Source of the DNA: Callorhinchus milii
Lineage: Eukaryota
Length of the DNA stretch: 64,000 nucleotides
NCBI RefSeq assembly: GCF_018977255.1
Contig: NW_024704743.1
Coordinates: 88,786,001 to 88,850,000 of the forward strand
Direction: 5' to 3'
This document shows, one piece after another, positions 49,293 through 62,260 of the stretch. The position numbers and the translations under genes are program-made. Position 1 is the stretch's first letter. Each line of letters starts with the position of its first letter. A model generated the notes under the pieces. The model did not search any database. It had not been told where the DNA came from and worked only from the letters and a program-made list of their open reading frames with translations.

Positions 49293-49743
49293 ACCTTGAT
49301 GTGTATTGAATTATTTTTCCGCTGGCTTTCATTCCTCCAACCTATTGAGAATCCTAAATATAGTAAAAAAGTAGCCTTGGTTTTATTTCACTGCTTAGCA
49401 ACTGATTTCCGATTCATGTTGTGCAATAGGATCATGTATTGTGTTGTGCATGTGGGTTTTAATTGGAGGTAGGCTGCACTAAATAAACTGTTCTCAGAAT
49501 CTTTTGATGTTTCTTATGATTATTTCAGCATCTCAATCCACTCAAAGCAAATGTTTGCAAATGTTGAACAGATAGCCTAAAACTTCCAGGACGATTAGAG
49601 AGTTTGCATCTCATTCGAGGAAATTTTCTTCTGGAAGTGATTTAAAAAGTTTACAAAACATTTACCCACTTAAACCTGCAAACATTAGATTGAGCGCTTA
49701 ACCCTATATTTAATTACCACGTGCATTTCTTGCCTTTATTTAT

Positions 49744-49972
49744 AACAGCAGCAACAACAATAACGAGTACATTTGTATAGCGTCTTTCACATCGGAGGGA
49801 CGTCCCCAGGGGTTGAACAGTCAGGGATTTGGACCTGAGTTGGGATCAGGTGGGGTGGAGGGCAGAAAGGGTGGGTTAGGAAGGTGACCGAATGCACGGT
49901 CGAAGAGGAGGGTCTTGAGACTGGCCTTGAAGTAAGCAAGGGAGAGAGTGAGGCGAGGGGACTGTGGGATGG
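49744..49972 (-). mobile_element. L2 3' end
   Basis: Tail, stem-loop, cggtcgaagaggagggtcttgagac. Confidence 0.85.
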
Positions 49973-50199
49973 ATTAAGCACACATCAGTTGTCTTAATAG
50001 CCTTAACAGTATGACAAATCATCAACAATGTTTTTTGTTCAATAAATTAAATCAAATCAAATTTAAAAGATATGGAATTGATAGGATAGAGTATGTTATT
50101 GAGAAATGAGGAAAATCATTCCATATCTCTCAGTGCCTGCATTCTCCAGCCTGCCAAATGATACCAGCATTCAATCTCTCTCTCTCCCCTTTTGCAGGC

Positions 50200-51680
50200 T
50201 GAGCTCCAGGCAATAAGTAGACAAGCTAGGGCTCTTCAGACTTGTGAGACGATGTCTTGTTGGGGCCAAATAAAAGAGCACAACATTTTAAATGAGATTG
50301 AGAAAGTAAATACAGAGCCATACTTTAAGATGCACCAGGGCAGTCAACCAAGAGGATATAGGCTTAGAATTGCAAATAGCAATTTCAGGACTGATACCAG
50401 GAAGTAGGGGGGTATTCTAGAAGGATAAGATCAGATGGACCGAAGAGCTTTCTTCATCCAAACTAATCTTGTGATCTTGTAAAAAGAACTTGTCAGATCT
50501 AAGATCGCAGTGTTGTGAAATATGAGACAAATAAATATTTGTAATATATTTGTGTATTTATATTCATGATAAAAATGTTATAAATGTTCCCAAATCTAAA
50601 CCAAATTCCCTGTTCATAAATTAAATTAGCAGATTTTCCTACATTACCTACATTTTATGAGCAGCAACAGCGCTGACAGTCCTAGTCAAAGTACATTGGT
50701 AGCTGGTGGTGCATATCTTCTTATCACCCACATTATTGACTTAGATGTAGACATAGGAGGGGTTGAGTCCAGCTTTGCTGATGACAATAAATTAGGTAGA
50801 TTGACAAAATGTGAGAAAGATTAAATATGTCAGTAGGAAATTGATAGACTATGGAAGTGATCAAACAAGTGGAAGATGCAGTTTAATGCTGATAAATGTG
50901 AGCAAATGCATTTAGGGGAAAATAAAACCTACAATGCAGTAGAGGGATTGGGGAACACATTTTTAATATTGATTAAAAATCAGTAATGTGACTAACAGGT
51001 ACAGAAAGCTACCATAAAGACAAATGAGTGTCTGGGATTTATAAACTAGGGTATTAAGCATAAGTATAGAAGTGGGGAAATCATGTTGGAATTATATAAT
51101 ACATCAGTTAGGCTGCAGCTGTGTTTAGTTTGGGGCACCCATTACAAGAACAACAACAAATTACACTTGTATAATGCTTTTCAATTTGGGAGGATTCCCA
51201 AAGCGCTGGAATGTAATGGAGATGGAGAAGGTACAACACAGGATCATTAGAATGATGGAATGCATGCAACAATATGCATATGAAGAGAGACTGGATAAAT
51301 TGAGAATTCCTTCCAATTGAAGAGAGGAGATTGAGAAGGGAAATGGTAGAATTCTTTAGTATTCTGAATGGGCATGGAAAAGTAAATAGGAAAGAAATGT
51401 CATTAATTGTTGAATTAGTGAAAAGATTGTTTTCTAGATTTTTTTAAAATTATTTTTCAATAATGGGAAGTGTAACGACTAATTAACTAAGATATTAAAC
51501 ACAGAAACCACAACCACAAGTGGCTACTGAGGCTGGATCAATAGAATTATACAGAAAGAAACATGAGCAGTAAAAACATTCAGAGATTTGGGGAAAGAGC
51601 TGAAAAGTAGGATTAATAATAAAGAGTTTTAATGTAGGTACGAGCGGTATAAAATTGATGGGCTGCCTGATCTCCTTCTG
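50200..51680 (+). mobile_element. Decayed CR1 fragments (50200-50480 and 50720-51680) with a tail-only L2 at about 51147-51208
   Basis: tttgctgatgacaataaattagg (FADD), tggaagatgcagtttaatgctgataaatgtgag (W.MQFN.DKC). Confidence 0.7.
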
Positions 51681-51734
51681 TAATAAAAATATCTATGTTT
51701 GAATGTAATCTTTCCTATAATAGATGTTGCTGCT

Positions 51735-51890
51735 TTACTGCATGACAAACCTGTTTGCCTACAAAATACATAGTCACTACACTTTACAGTAAATCCTGTG
51801 TATACAAATGTGATTTTGTTGTTGTTGTTGAAACACTTTGAGATGTACACTATGTAAAAGGGAGTACATCAAATGCAGGGATCATTATTA
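51735..51890 (+). mobile_element. SINE 3' tail carrying a 30-nt L2 tail insertion (51801-51830)
   Basis: gtaaatcctgtg[tatacaaatgtgattttgttgttgttgttg]aaacactttgagatg; compare uninterrupted gtaaatcctgtgaaacgctttg at 37860. Confidence 0.75.
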
Positions 51891-52475
51891 CCAAATATAT
51901 CATTGAGAATAGCATTCATTTTCCTCCTTCAACAGTGTAAGTTCTGTGAAAAAAGAGTATACAGTAACATCAAAACTTGATTCTGCTGAATTGTTCTGTA
52001 ACTTTGCAGTTGAGGACATTATAGATCAATGTAAAACATGAATGCAGTGACAAAAAACATCTGATAAATTGACTGGCAAACTGGCCACTGGTTCCTCACA
52101 GACAACAACTACTATCTTTATCTATCACTAGCTGTACCTATTGCAGCTTCACTTGCAACCAAAGGATCCTATATGGAATGTTGATTGACATACAGACAGA
52201 CATTTCATCTTTATCTATACTCATCTGGGAGGACTCCAGTGGGAGAACTCATTTTGGCCGTGCTGTTCTTTGAGTGGGCAACTCATTTTGTTGCACTGTT
52301 GCAGTCCTTTCAGCATTGGAGTCAGCCGCGCTGTTCTTCGTTCTTCATTTTCATTTAATGGGCCTTCCCTCTTTTGTCTTATCCTTGAAAGGTTTGATTT
52401 TTGCTTAGGCATCTTTTTGATGATCAATATAAATGTACAATTTATTATTATTATTATTAATAATTTATAATCACT

Positions 52476-52527
52476 GGGTCGTCCTCCCAATGTGAAAGGC
52501 GCTTGAAAAATGTTATCTTGTTGTTGT
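52476..52527 (+). mobile_element. Tail-only L2 insertion
   Basis: gggtcgtcctcccaatgtgaaaggcgct..ttgttgttg. Confidence 0.75.
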
Positions 52528-53914
52528 TCTCACAGCTTAGCTTTGTCTGTGTTCTTTATTTTGTTCCGCCGCCGCTTGGCTACGTGTGTGGATGCCACAG
52601 CACCACAGTTAGCCGGAGCGGCCATCAGGTGTAACTGCATGAATGGTAGGAAATACCTAAAAACAAATATGCCCATGTCAGTCCCAGATGCAATACCTTT
52701 CCAATGAGGTATAAATCATGTCTCTACGTTAATCGGTTATTGAGATCCTTCTTGAAGTGCACATAGACAGTCAGACAATATCATTTTATTAGTATAGACC
52801 ATAATAGTTGTTCAGTAATTGAAGCAATTTAGGATTTGTTTTGAAGTTTTTGTTTTAGCCTAAACCTCAATATGTAGGATTACGACTTATTGTCATAAAT
52901 TAATGCACATTATCTTTCTGTGGTTACCATAAGGATATGCATTTGTGGATAAAGGGTGTTGGAAAATAAGACATCAACTAAGGCTGGTGCATTGATGCAG
53001 TCCAGCAACCCAAGCAAATCTGGCTTCAATTATTTGATCAGACCCCGCTTTTCTCGCATTAAGCAGGGATCAGCTTAAAGTGCTTTTATCTGTTTAATAA
53101 CACATTAGATAGTTCCAACCAGAATGTCACTTGAAAACTCAAGCATTACACTTTGGTTATTGTTTTTACAAAATGTTAAAAAACAGAAAAAAGTGGGAGT
53201 TGCATATTGGGGTGAATGGGAATGCTGCAAATGGGGAAATGAATTCAAATGGTTAAAATATGTCATATGCAAGATAGCCACTGTATCGTAAATATTTTGT
53301 GGTCACAGATTGTTGCAAAAATAAATTTGAAATTGTTCAGATGAAAAGAATATTTTTAGACTTAATTTTGTTCATTTCTCAATTGTTTAATAGGAAGAGC
53401 AACACAAATTCCATATATTGAATAGTGGGGGTGGGGGGAGAAAGGAAAGGGGAAATAAACATTCAACTATTCAAAAAATGCGGCTGAGAGAAAGCCTCTA
53501 AATTATAGTGATTATACATATATCTAAATACTTTATGAAAAGTCAGAATGAGATTATTACAGGAAGAATTATATTGAGAGACAGTAACTAGCAAGATTAG
53601 ACGATTAATCATTTTCTATTTAAACAAATAGAAAATAAAGAAAGCAATTCACAACAGAGGGAGTTGAGCAAGGGATTAATTTCAAAGGGAGCTGTGCATA
53701 GTAATTAGAACAATATAAGCCACAGAAAGGTCCATTATGAGTAACAACTTTTCCCTCTTTGTTTTTTCTCAAACCTGATTTCTTACCTGCCTTTAAGAAC
53801 AAAGTCAGCACAGGGTGCAAATATAGTAAAATATCCTTATCCCCTTTTGAAGTCATTTACAGTTTGCTTCAATGGCCTTTCTTGTTAACTTATTCCACAA
53901 CCTATCACACAACC

Positions 53915-54466
53915 TATCCTCTTCAACATCTACATGCTCCCTCTTGATGACATAATCTGCAGACAAGGGGTCAACTTCAACATGTATGCGGATGACACTC
54001 AATTCTACTTCTCTGCCTCCATTCTTGACTCCAGGTCCACTGCTGTCCTGACAGAAGGTCTGTCAGAAATCAAATCCTGGATGAGAGCTAACTTTCTTCA
54101 TTTGAATGTCAACAAGACCGAGGATCTCCTGTTTGGCTCCAGTCAGCACCTCCACACCTGGAACGCTGACAGCATCACCATCCAAGGATGCACAGTCCAC
54201 CTTATTAAGCCAGTCCGGAACCTTGGCATCTTGTTTGACCCTCAACTATCCTATCTATCCCACATCCATGCCATGACCCGCTCTGCCTTCCTCCACCTCC
54301 GCAACATCACCCGGCTCCACCGTCTTGCCAAAACCTTCATTCACGCAATCATAACATCCAGGCTTGACTACGCAAACTCCCTGCTTGTTGGCTTCCCTAA
54401 CTCTTCCCTCCATACACTGCAGATCATCCAGAACTCTGCAGCCTGTATCCTCTACCACACCAGGCT
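53915..54466 (+). mobile_element. L2 RT fragment with intact YADD
   Basis: ORF 53934-54524: FNMYADDTQFY..WMRANFLHLNVNKTE..VRNLGILFD..SRLDYANSLL. Confidence 0.92.
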
Positions 54467-54595
54467 AGGAATTAGCCCAAAAGCAACCCTATGGCTCGCC
54501 ACATGTAAATTTATCACAGATTGAAGTTTGTGTCCCTAGTTTTAAGACATTATCTATCTGCTCCCTATTCTGTAGCTCAGTCATAATAGTTACAG

Positions 54596-54992
54596 TGGAG
54601 TCCTGTAGCATAGTAATTAGAGCACTCGCCTTGCAAGCGAGAGACCTGGGTTTGATTCCCGGTAGGGCGAAATGTTGGAAAGTTTCCTTACTCCACACAC
54701 CAAGCAGTAAGTAAGAACCCAGTTGTTAGTTGATTGGCAGATCGCTTTTCCGGGGGTAGTAATTCCTTCGGATAAAAATAAATAAAAAATTGGTCACTCA
54801 ATCCACGACTGTTTGTGGGACACTGCTGTATGCAATTAGCTTCTGCATTTCACCCACAAAATATACAGGCAATTCACTTTACAGTATATTCTGTGAAGTG
54901 CTTTGAGACATCTCGAAGAAGTGATATAAGGTGCTACAACACCAACAAGATTACATTTGTATAGCTATATCAAATGCAACAATTATTATTAT
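54596..54992 (+). mobile_element. Composite SINE, long subfamily, with an antisense mini L2 tail in its 3' end
   Basis: tggagtcctgtagcatag head; insertion caacaccaacaagattacatttgtata at about 54937-54963. Confidence 0.9.
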
Positions 54993-55603
54993 ATGTTATT
55001 TTAACAGTAGAATTTTCTCAAATGCTTTCTGAAAAAATCCAAGTATCATATGTATCAGCTGTACTACTCTTGTTCCTAATGAGAATTATATGTTCAAAAA
55101 TTTCATCAGGTTAATATTAAGCATGACTTGCCTTTTCACTTTGTACTGACTGGCTTTCACCAAGCAATGCTTTGTAAGTGTTTGTGTGCCACATCCTTCA
55201 CAGCAGAGAAATGCAATACAATGGAATCGAAGTAGAGGGACTAACAGAGTGGTTTGACCCAAAGGTGGCTAGGCATCAATAGAGACGTTCAATAAAAAGG
55301 GACATAAGCAGGGGAATCAAACAAAGAGATTCAACACAGAAGAAGAACAGAGGGATAAACAAAATATTCAAAATAAAAGCAAGAAGGCAGAATTCTTAGC
55401 AAAGATATTTGATCGAAAGGTAAACATGAGGATTAAATGGATTTCATATCAAGGAAAGGGAGCAGAGAGACTTGCAGAAAGATTTGAGCAAGGGAGAATG
55501 TCTTGATAGAAATGGAGAAGTATGGTGTTGGATTCTGGAAGAATACATTTAAGTATTGGGGTCAATGGGTAGAATATTGATTGTAGACTTAATCACAAAC
55601 ACA

Positions 55604-56508
55604 CAGCAACAATAACAACACAAAATTATATTTGTATAGCGCCTTTCACATCAGGAGGATGTCCCAAGGCACTAGACTGTCAGTGTTTTGGATTCGAGCT
55701 GGGGGTCAAGATTGGGGAGGGTGGAGGGAAGCGGCGGAAGGAGGGTGATCGAAAGCGCGGTCGAAAAGGAGGGTCTTGAGATGGATCTAGAAGAAGTCAA
55801 GGGAGGGGGCAAGGTGGAGGAACTGCAGAATGGAGTTCCAGAGGGTGGTGGCAGAATGTCTGAAGGCTCACCCGCCAATGGTGGGGCGGGCGAGGCGGGT
55901 GACGTGATATAGGCTGGAGCCCGCTGAGTGGAGGGAGCAGGCAGGTTGGTAGGGGGTTAGGAGGTCGCAGAGGTAGGGGGCAGCAAGGCCATGGAGGGCT
56001 TGAAGGTGAGGACCAGCATCTTGAACTGTATCCTCTGTGTTATGGGAAGCCAGTGGAGTCGGGCGAAGCTGGGGGTGATAGGGTCACGGAGCCTGATGCG
56101 GGAAAGGACACACGCTACAGAGTTCTGGATGATTTGCAGTCTATGAAGGGAGGAGTTGGGGAGGCCGACAGGCAGGCAGCTTGCGTAGTAAAGCCTGGAT
56201 GTTATGAATGCATGTATGAGGGTCTCGGCAGCCTGTGGTGTGAGACAGTGGTGGAGCCAGGAGTTAATGCGGAGGTGGAGGAAGGCAGAGCTGGTCATGG
56301 CACGGATGTGGGGTAGAAAGGTTAGTTGAGGGTCAAACAAGACCCCAACGTTCCAGACTGGTTTTGTAACGTGGAGCGTGCAACCATGGATGGTGTTGCT
56401 GACAACGCCTGAGGTGAGGAGGAACTGACGGAAGCCAATCATGAGAGCCTCGGTCTTATTGATGTTCAACTGAAGAAAATTAGCTCTCATCCAGGACTTG
56501 ATGTCAGA
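55604..56508 (-). mobile_element. L2 3' portion (about 0.9 kb)
   Basis: ORF 55957-56490: [42 protein letters not shown]. Confidence 0.92.
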
Positions 56509-57125
56509 TTGTCACACATCAGATTATCAGGTAAGGAACCAATAAAATACAATTTAATGTTGTAAGTCACACATTACATTGGGTACCAAAATATAGTAAG
56601 TGTATTGAATGCAATTCTTCATTGGTGCTGAATTTAGGTCCCTCGATGGTAAATTAGTCCAGAGTGTTGCTGAGCAGTACAGACTGAGATTTAGCTGTTT
56701 TGATACATAGGTTGTGTGATGTTCTCAGGTGGGTAAGCATTGGGAATCTGTGGAACAACATCCAGGTAGAAGAATGTATTCAATGTTTAAATAGAATGTC
56801 TCAGGAGAGAAATTGATAAGAATGCCTGAGGTTGTGTCAGAGTTTTTCTGTAAAAATGACCAAACCGAACAACAGTATCAGAGTTTAAAGATGTGCAAAT
56901 TCCAATCAAGTGCTTGTAGGATGAAATTAATGAAACTTTTTTCATTAGGAGACTATAGAAGGAATGCAAACTTTTACAGAAACACAGAGTCACGGAGTTT
57001 AAGTTGGTAAGAGTTTTTGTTTTGCATATTCTCTTCTACCTGAGTGACTTCTGAACTCAGAAATAACAAGTTTAGAGTTTAGCACCTTACTTCTGCAGCC
57101 TAATAGGGTAGAACATTGGACACTG

Positions 57126-57180
57126 TTTGGGACGTCCTCCCGACATGAAAGGCGCTATACAAATGTAATATTGTATTGCA
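57126..57180 (+). mobile_element. Tail-only L2 insertion, (TTGTA)-type
   Basis: ttgggacgtcctcccgacatgaaaggcgctatacaaatgtaatattgtattg. Confidence 0.85.
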
Positions 57181-57319
57181 ATGGCATTCATCTAAATTAT
57201 GCACATTAAGAACAGTAGAACTGGTGTTTGCTAATTTCTTTTAATTGCTTATTGTGAAGGAATTTTAATTGGGGATGACACTACTTTTCATTCTATTTCA
57301 AACCCAAGTTAAAACTAAA

Positions 57320-57490
57320 GGCAAAATACTGCAGATGCTGGAAATCTGAAATAAAAGCAGAAGTTGCTGGGAACACACAGCATCTATGGAGAGAGGAAAA
57401 TTAGTTAATTTTTCAGGTCGATGACCTTTCATCAGAACCGTTCTGACTAAAGGTTATTGAGCTGAGTTAACTCATTTTCCTCTCTCCAAG
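57320..57490 (-). mobile_element. Penelope-like terminal repeat remnant with inverted partial duplicate and hammerhead motif
   Basis: gcaaaatactgcagatgctggaaatctgaaataaaa..; inverted repeat centred near 57439; minus strand CTGATGA-a-aggtc-atc-gacct-GAAA. Confidence 0.7.
57403..57439 (-). ncRNA. Minimal type-I hammerhead ribozyme motif (probably decayed)
   Basis: ggtt CUGAUGA A aggtc/atc/gacct GAAA aauu aact; core and stems I/II present, stem-III palindrome mutated. Confidence 0.5.
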
Positions 57491-58130
57491 TTAAAACTAG
57501 TCTGATATTACGCCCTAGTTGTAATGCAAAATAAATTGTCACAAATAAAGTTGTGACTGAATGCATTTTATTGGAACCAATCCTGATATATTCTGTGATC
57601 ATGTTAGATTGATCAGCCTTATGGCCAAGTATTCCACTGATTTTGTTGTGATTAGCAAACTGCATCTCTTCGTGTGTCTGAATTGTAAACTCTGTTCGCA
57701 CCGAGGCTGTGAAAAAGGAGGGAGCAAAAAGACCAATTACGTGGAGAGCACTGTAATAATGAAAATGGCTATGGGCACAAAGCTAGTGTAATGGCCTATT
57801 AGCCACATCTTTCAAATCCAGCTAAAGTACCCACTGCTAATTCATGAGCCACTAAAATGTCCACTGCAGGTGGTAACCATTTTAAAATCTGGCACAGGTA
57901 GGCTGTTCACATGCTATTAGGACTAAAGCATCTGAAAGAGCTAATGTCTGCAAAAAATACACAAGTGAAGTTTTACAAAGACAAGTTGCATGTTCAGACA
58001 CCTTTAAAATGTAAATTGTGCTTTAGATTTTCTCACAGAATACTATTACTGCATAAACAAAGAAGTGTTTTGTGGTTCCGCATATTTCTTTAAGTACAGC
58101 CCTATTGCCCTAATTCACACTACTATTGTT

Positions 58131-58450
58131 ATAATAATAATATAATAATCCTTCTATTTGATATAGCACTTTTAAACGTCTTCTATACGTCTCAAAGCGC
58201 TTCACAGAATATACTGTAAAGCGAATTGACTGTACATTTATGGACGAAATGCGGCAGCCAATTGCACACAGCAGTATCCCACAAACAGTCGTGGATTGAA
58301 GTGACCAATTTATTATTATTGTTTTTTTCTTGAGGGATTATTATCAGGCGTGTGGAGTAAGGAAACTTGCCCAAGATTTCGCCCTGCTGGGAATTGAACC
58401 CAGATCTCTTGCTTGCGAGGCAAGTACTCCAGCCACTGAGCCACATGACT
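58131..58450 (-). mobile_element. Composite SINE, short subfamily
   Basis: Match to the 14105 copy. Confidence 0.9.
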
Positions 58451-58506
58451 CTTATAATGCAGAAGATATTATTTAACCTTTGGAAATAAGCAAAATAAGC
58501 AAATCT

Positions 58507-58572
58507 ACAACAACAACAACAAGATTGCATTTATAAAGCGCCTTTCACGTAGGGAGGACGTCCCAATGCGCT
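58507..58572 (-). mobile_element. Tail-only L2 insertion
   Basis: (caa)n gattgcatttataaagcgcctttcacgtagggaggacgtcccaatgcgct. Confidence 0.85.
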
Positions 58573-59154
58573 AGATCTAGCATTGAATCAACAGTAACCG
58601 TGATAAACATAACCTAATTACTGTAATGTAGTAAGTACCTGTGATATTAAAATAGTAATAAAAGATGTGCATCCATGGGTAGAAATTCAGAAATGTTGAT
58701 AATGGTTACTGCTTAACGTCAAGAGCCTATCTGGTATTTAATAGTCACCTACAAATTCACACTAGCTTGTTTCAAAACCTCTTAAAATTATTAACAGGGA
58801 CTTTGAATGGTTAGCAATCATTTAATGATCAAGCAAACTCCAATCTATTCAGCATCTCAGACAAACTTAGCATTGCATTAAATATATGCAATTACAAGTA
58901 AGCTAACTCAGATTTCACGAAACTGTCTTTTCCCAATTTCATCTGCTTCACTAGCTGGTTTTTACTTGTTTCAAGGGGTGTTGGACTTGCAATTTACAGG
59001 CATTGCCTCTTTCACAGTATTAATTAGATTCTTGCATTCTATTCTATTTAACTTTCCAACACAGGCTGCTCAGAGTCAATTAGAATTTAGCTTTTCATTC
59101 CAATTTCATGGGGCATTATATTTTTACTATGTATTCAATTTGTTATGCTCAGGC

Positions 59155-59560
59155 AGGTGTCAGCCTAGCTCATTTGGAGCAATTTTTTACCTTTGAATCC
59201 TCTGTTCGAGCCCCACATCATTGTCCACATGATTGAACTCACATTGTCTCGGTTGACACTCCAATGCAGTGCTAGACGTTTGTTGCATTGTTGAAAGTGC
59301 TGTCCTTCAGATGAAACAATAAAATGAGGTTGTCTGCTTGTTTAGTTGGGCATTAAAGATCCCAGGGCACTATTCAAAAAGTAAAAAGAGTTTCTTCCAA
59401 TGATCAGGCCACCAAATCCCTCCCCTCTCCCCCCCCCACACACACCTAAATTTGGTCATTCACTTCCTGGCTGTTTGTGGAACAGTTTGCTTTGTGAAAA
59501 TTAGCTGCTACGTTTGCCTATAAATATAGTCACTACACTTTACTGTAAATCGTTTGAAGC
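59155..59560 (+). mobile_element. Deu SINE
   Basis: ggtgtcagcctagctca head; gtgctgtccttcagatgaaac..aaagatcccagggcactattcaaaa. Confidence 0.7.
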
Positions 59561-61304
59561 TGAAGACATGCACCTGATTTGGATTTTGCAGTATCAAAAG
59601 CAACTATCCCTCTGACATGTTTAGAGAGGAGCAGGTATACTGCAATTGGGGGTGTTCTTGTTCACAGGTGTTAACCTCTCCTCTCTCTCAGTGGCAAGTA
59701 CCACAATACATACATATTTTTCATTAACTAGCTCTGAAAAGGACAACCATCCAAAAGAAATGCAAGTATCCCCGTTTGGAAGGATGATTTGGAATGGGTC
59801 GAAGAGTCTTTTTCATCCAAAGAAAACTTGTGATTGGGCTGAAATGCTTAAATTAAAAAATCATAGTCCAGAACATCGCCAAAGTGGAAGAGAGAAGCAA
59901 AGAAGATAAAATAAAAATCTAAAAAATGGTGATTACTTGATTCAATTATTGCATTATAAGAACCTATACAGAAGTTGTAGAAAGAAGTCTTGAAAAGAGA
60001 TTCTATGATGAAAAATGATTTCAACACTGAAAATGCAAACAGGTGAACGAGCAGGTTAAATCAACAATTTGCATCTTAGAAGTATCAAGAGAGGAAAGTT
60101 CAGTAGAAGAATAAAAGAGTGTGGACAAAAGGCAGGATAATTAATTACCTCTGTTAGTAAGCCAGCACATGGACAATAGGCTGAGTGCTCTCTTTCTGTG
60201 TTACAAATTTCTTCATTTCTATATTTCGAGAGAATGATGACCCTATCAATATTAATATAGACATTTACGATAGGGATAGAGGTTAGAAAGCGGTTGATAT
60301 AAAAGAAGAAACAGATGTTCTTGGAATAAGCTTTAACAAAAAAGATAAAAATGTAAAATGTAGAAGGTACAGTCTAAATTCATTATCAAATCCAAATGAA
60401 TGTCACTTGTTAGCTCCACATATTCTTTCTCATCTCCCAATTCAAATGCTCAACTCATAAAAGAAGAAAGGCATCTGTCACACACACAGATCAACTGATT
60501 TGATGCACAGACCACACAAAGGTAGCACCTCAATAGATACTAGGCAGCAGCATTGACAGCCAAAAGTGAACTGCTGGAACTGAGGACTGGGACAAGCCTT
60601 TCAGGCTGAATATGCAGTCTACATCATACTGGGTTGTCATGCATTTTTGAAATCAGTGTGTTTATTTTGACATTTGTTTTATATTGAGGATGCTAGCCTT
60701 GGCTTCTATGTAAATCTTTCCCTGAAAGGATGTTCATAATGCACCCTTCTTTGTCTATAAACTGTTTTTTACTTCAGTAAATCTCAAATCTAACATCTTA
60801 CTTTTAAAAAACTAACGCTTACAGAGCTCGTATTAAAATATATTCTCCAAAAGTTACATTGCTTCAAACTTTGCTTATATATTTTAGTTTGAAATGTTGT
60901 TTCTTCTTATTTTCATTGTGAACTGTTTCACATTGTGGAAATTTTGATTTGATAGCGAGCAAAGCAAAATGGAACAGAGCTTAAGCATGAAATGATTACC
61001 AGAACAAACTCGAGTGAGTTCACGTGGAAGCACCAACAACAATTTTCCCATATAGTGTACTCTTCACTTAGAATGAATGTCTTAAAGTGTATCACCAAGA
61101 TAAAGAGGACTTGAGAAGTGAGAAAAGAATGGAGAATTTAAGAGTTTTAACCAATGCCAGTCGAATAAATAAGTTGATAGGGGGTGGGGGTTGAAGATTT
61201 GGAAAAAAGGATCAAAGGAAAATATAATTCAGATTCCCAGAACTCATGCTAACAACAATAACTTGGATTTATACAGAGCCCATCACACATGGTAGCATCC
61301 CTTT

Positions 61305-62260
61305 CTTTTCAGACCACATCTGGAGTTACCATGTACAGGTCACCATGATATAAGGTAGACGGCTCAGATCCTAAAAGGAGTGCAGAGGATAGTAACAACA
61401 ACAACAAGATTCCATTTATAGAGTGCCTTTCACGTCGGAAGGACGTCCCAAGGCGCTGTACAGTTGGGTCAGGACCCGAGTAGGGGGAAATGGTCAGGGT
61501 GAGGCGAGGGAAGGGAGGGGGTGAGGAGGGGGTAGAGAGTTGAGAGGGGAGCTGAAGGCACGGTCAAAGAGAAAGGTCTTGAGACCGGCCTTGAAGGAGG
61601 AAAGGAAGGAGGCGGCGAAGGCACTGGGGGATGAAGTTCCAGAGCCTAGGGGCTGAGGGGCTGAAGGTCCGGCCACCGATGGTAGGGCGGTTGGGCCGGG
61701 GGATGTGGAGCAGACCGGAGCCAGAGGAACGGAGAGTACGGGTGGGTAGGTAGGGGGATAGTAGGTCAGAGAGGTAGGAGGGAGCGAGGCCGTGAATGGC
61801 CTTGTAGGCGAGGATGAGGATCTTGAATTCGATGATGTCGGGGAGATTAACTATTAAGAAAAACTGGATAATCTGCTTTGAAAAGAGACGTCTCAGAGAT
61901 AGAGGTAAGTAATATGTTAAATGGAATGAAGAAAGTAATACATAGTAAGAGTAGTTAAAGGTTAAAAGTAAACTAAAAGTAAGCAATACTTTCACATACA
62001 CCAAGGAAGCAGCACACCATTGCACAGATTCAGGGCTGTGAAGGGCAATCGCAGGACTGAGACCAGGAAATATTTTTTTACACAAAGTGTAATTGACGAC
62101 TGGAACTAAAAAAGAGTGATTGAGGCCAGAACTCTGCAATCCATTCAAGAAAAGACTTGATACTATAATAGGAGGATAGAAGGGTAGGTATATTGGAAGG
62201 ATGAGATCATATTAGTTAAAGGGTATGTTTCATCCAAAGCTCTCTTATAATATTGTGAAA
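61305..62260 (+). mobile_element. Old CR1 (family C) split by a young L2
   Basis: cagaccacatctggagt..gagtgcagagga on the left; tttgaaaagagacgtctcagagatag..catccaaagctctctt on the right. Confidence 0.65.
61394..61835 (-). mobile_element. Young L2 3' end
   Basis: IEFKILILAYKAIHGLAPSYLSDLL..SFKAGLKTFLFDRAF. Confidence 0.92.

Noticed and set aside
52596..52616. REST/RE1 site (cagcaccacagttag)
   Set aside because: The right half-site mismatches GGACAG at three positions
53934..54524. Domesticated or active reverse transcriptase
   Set aside because: Only a partial RT with an internal deletion, lacking the N-terminal RT motifs and 3' end
57447..57735. Minus-strand exon after the strong acceptor at 57707
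   Set aside because: No convincing donor, no recognisable peptide, and the ORF ends in the Penelope-like repeat
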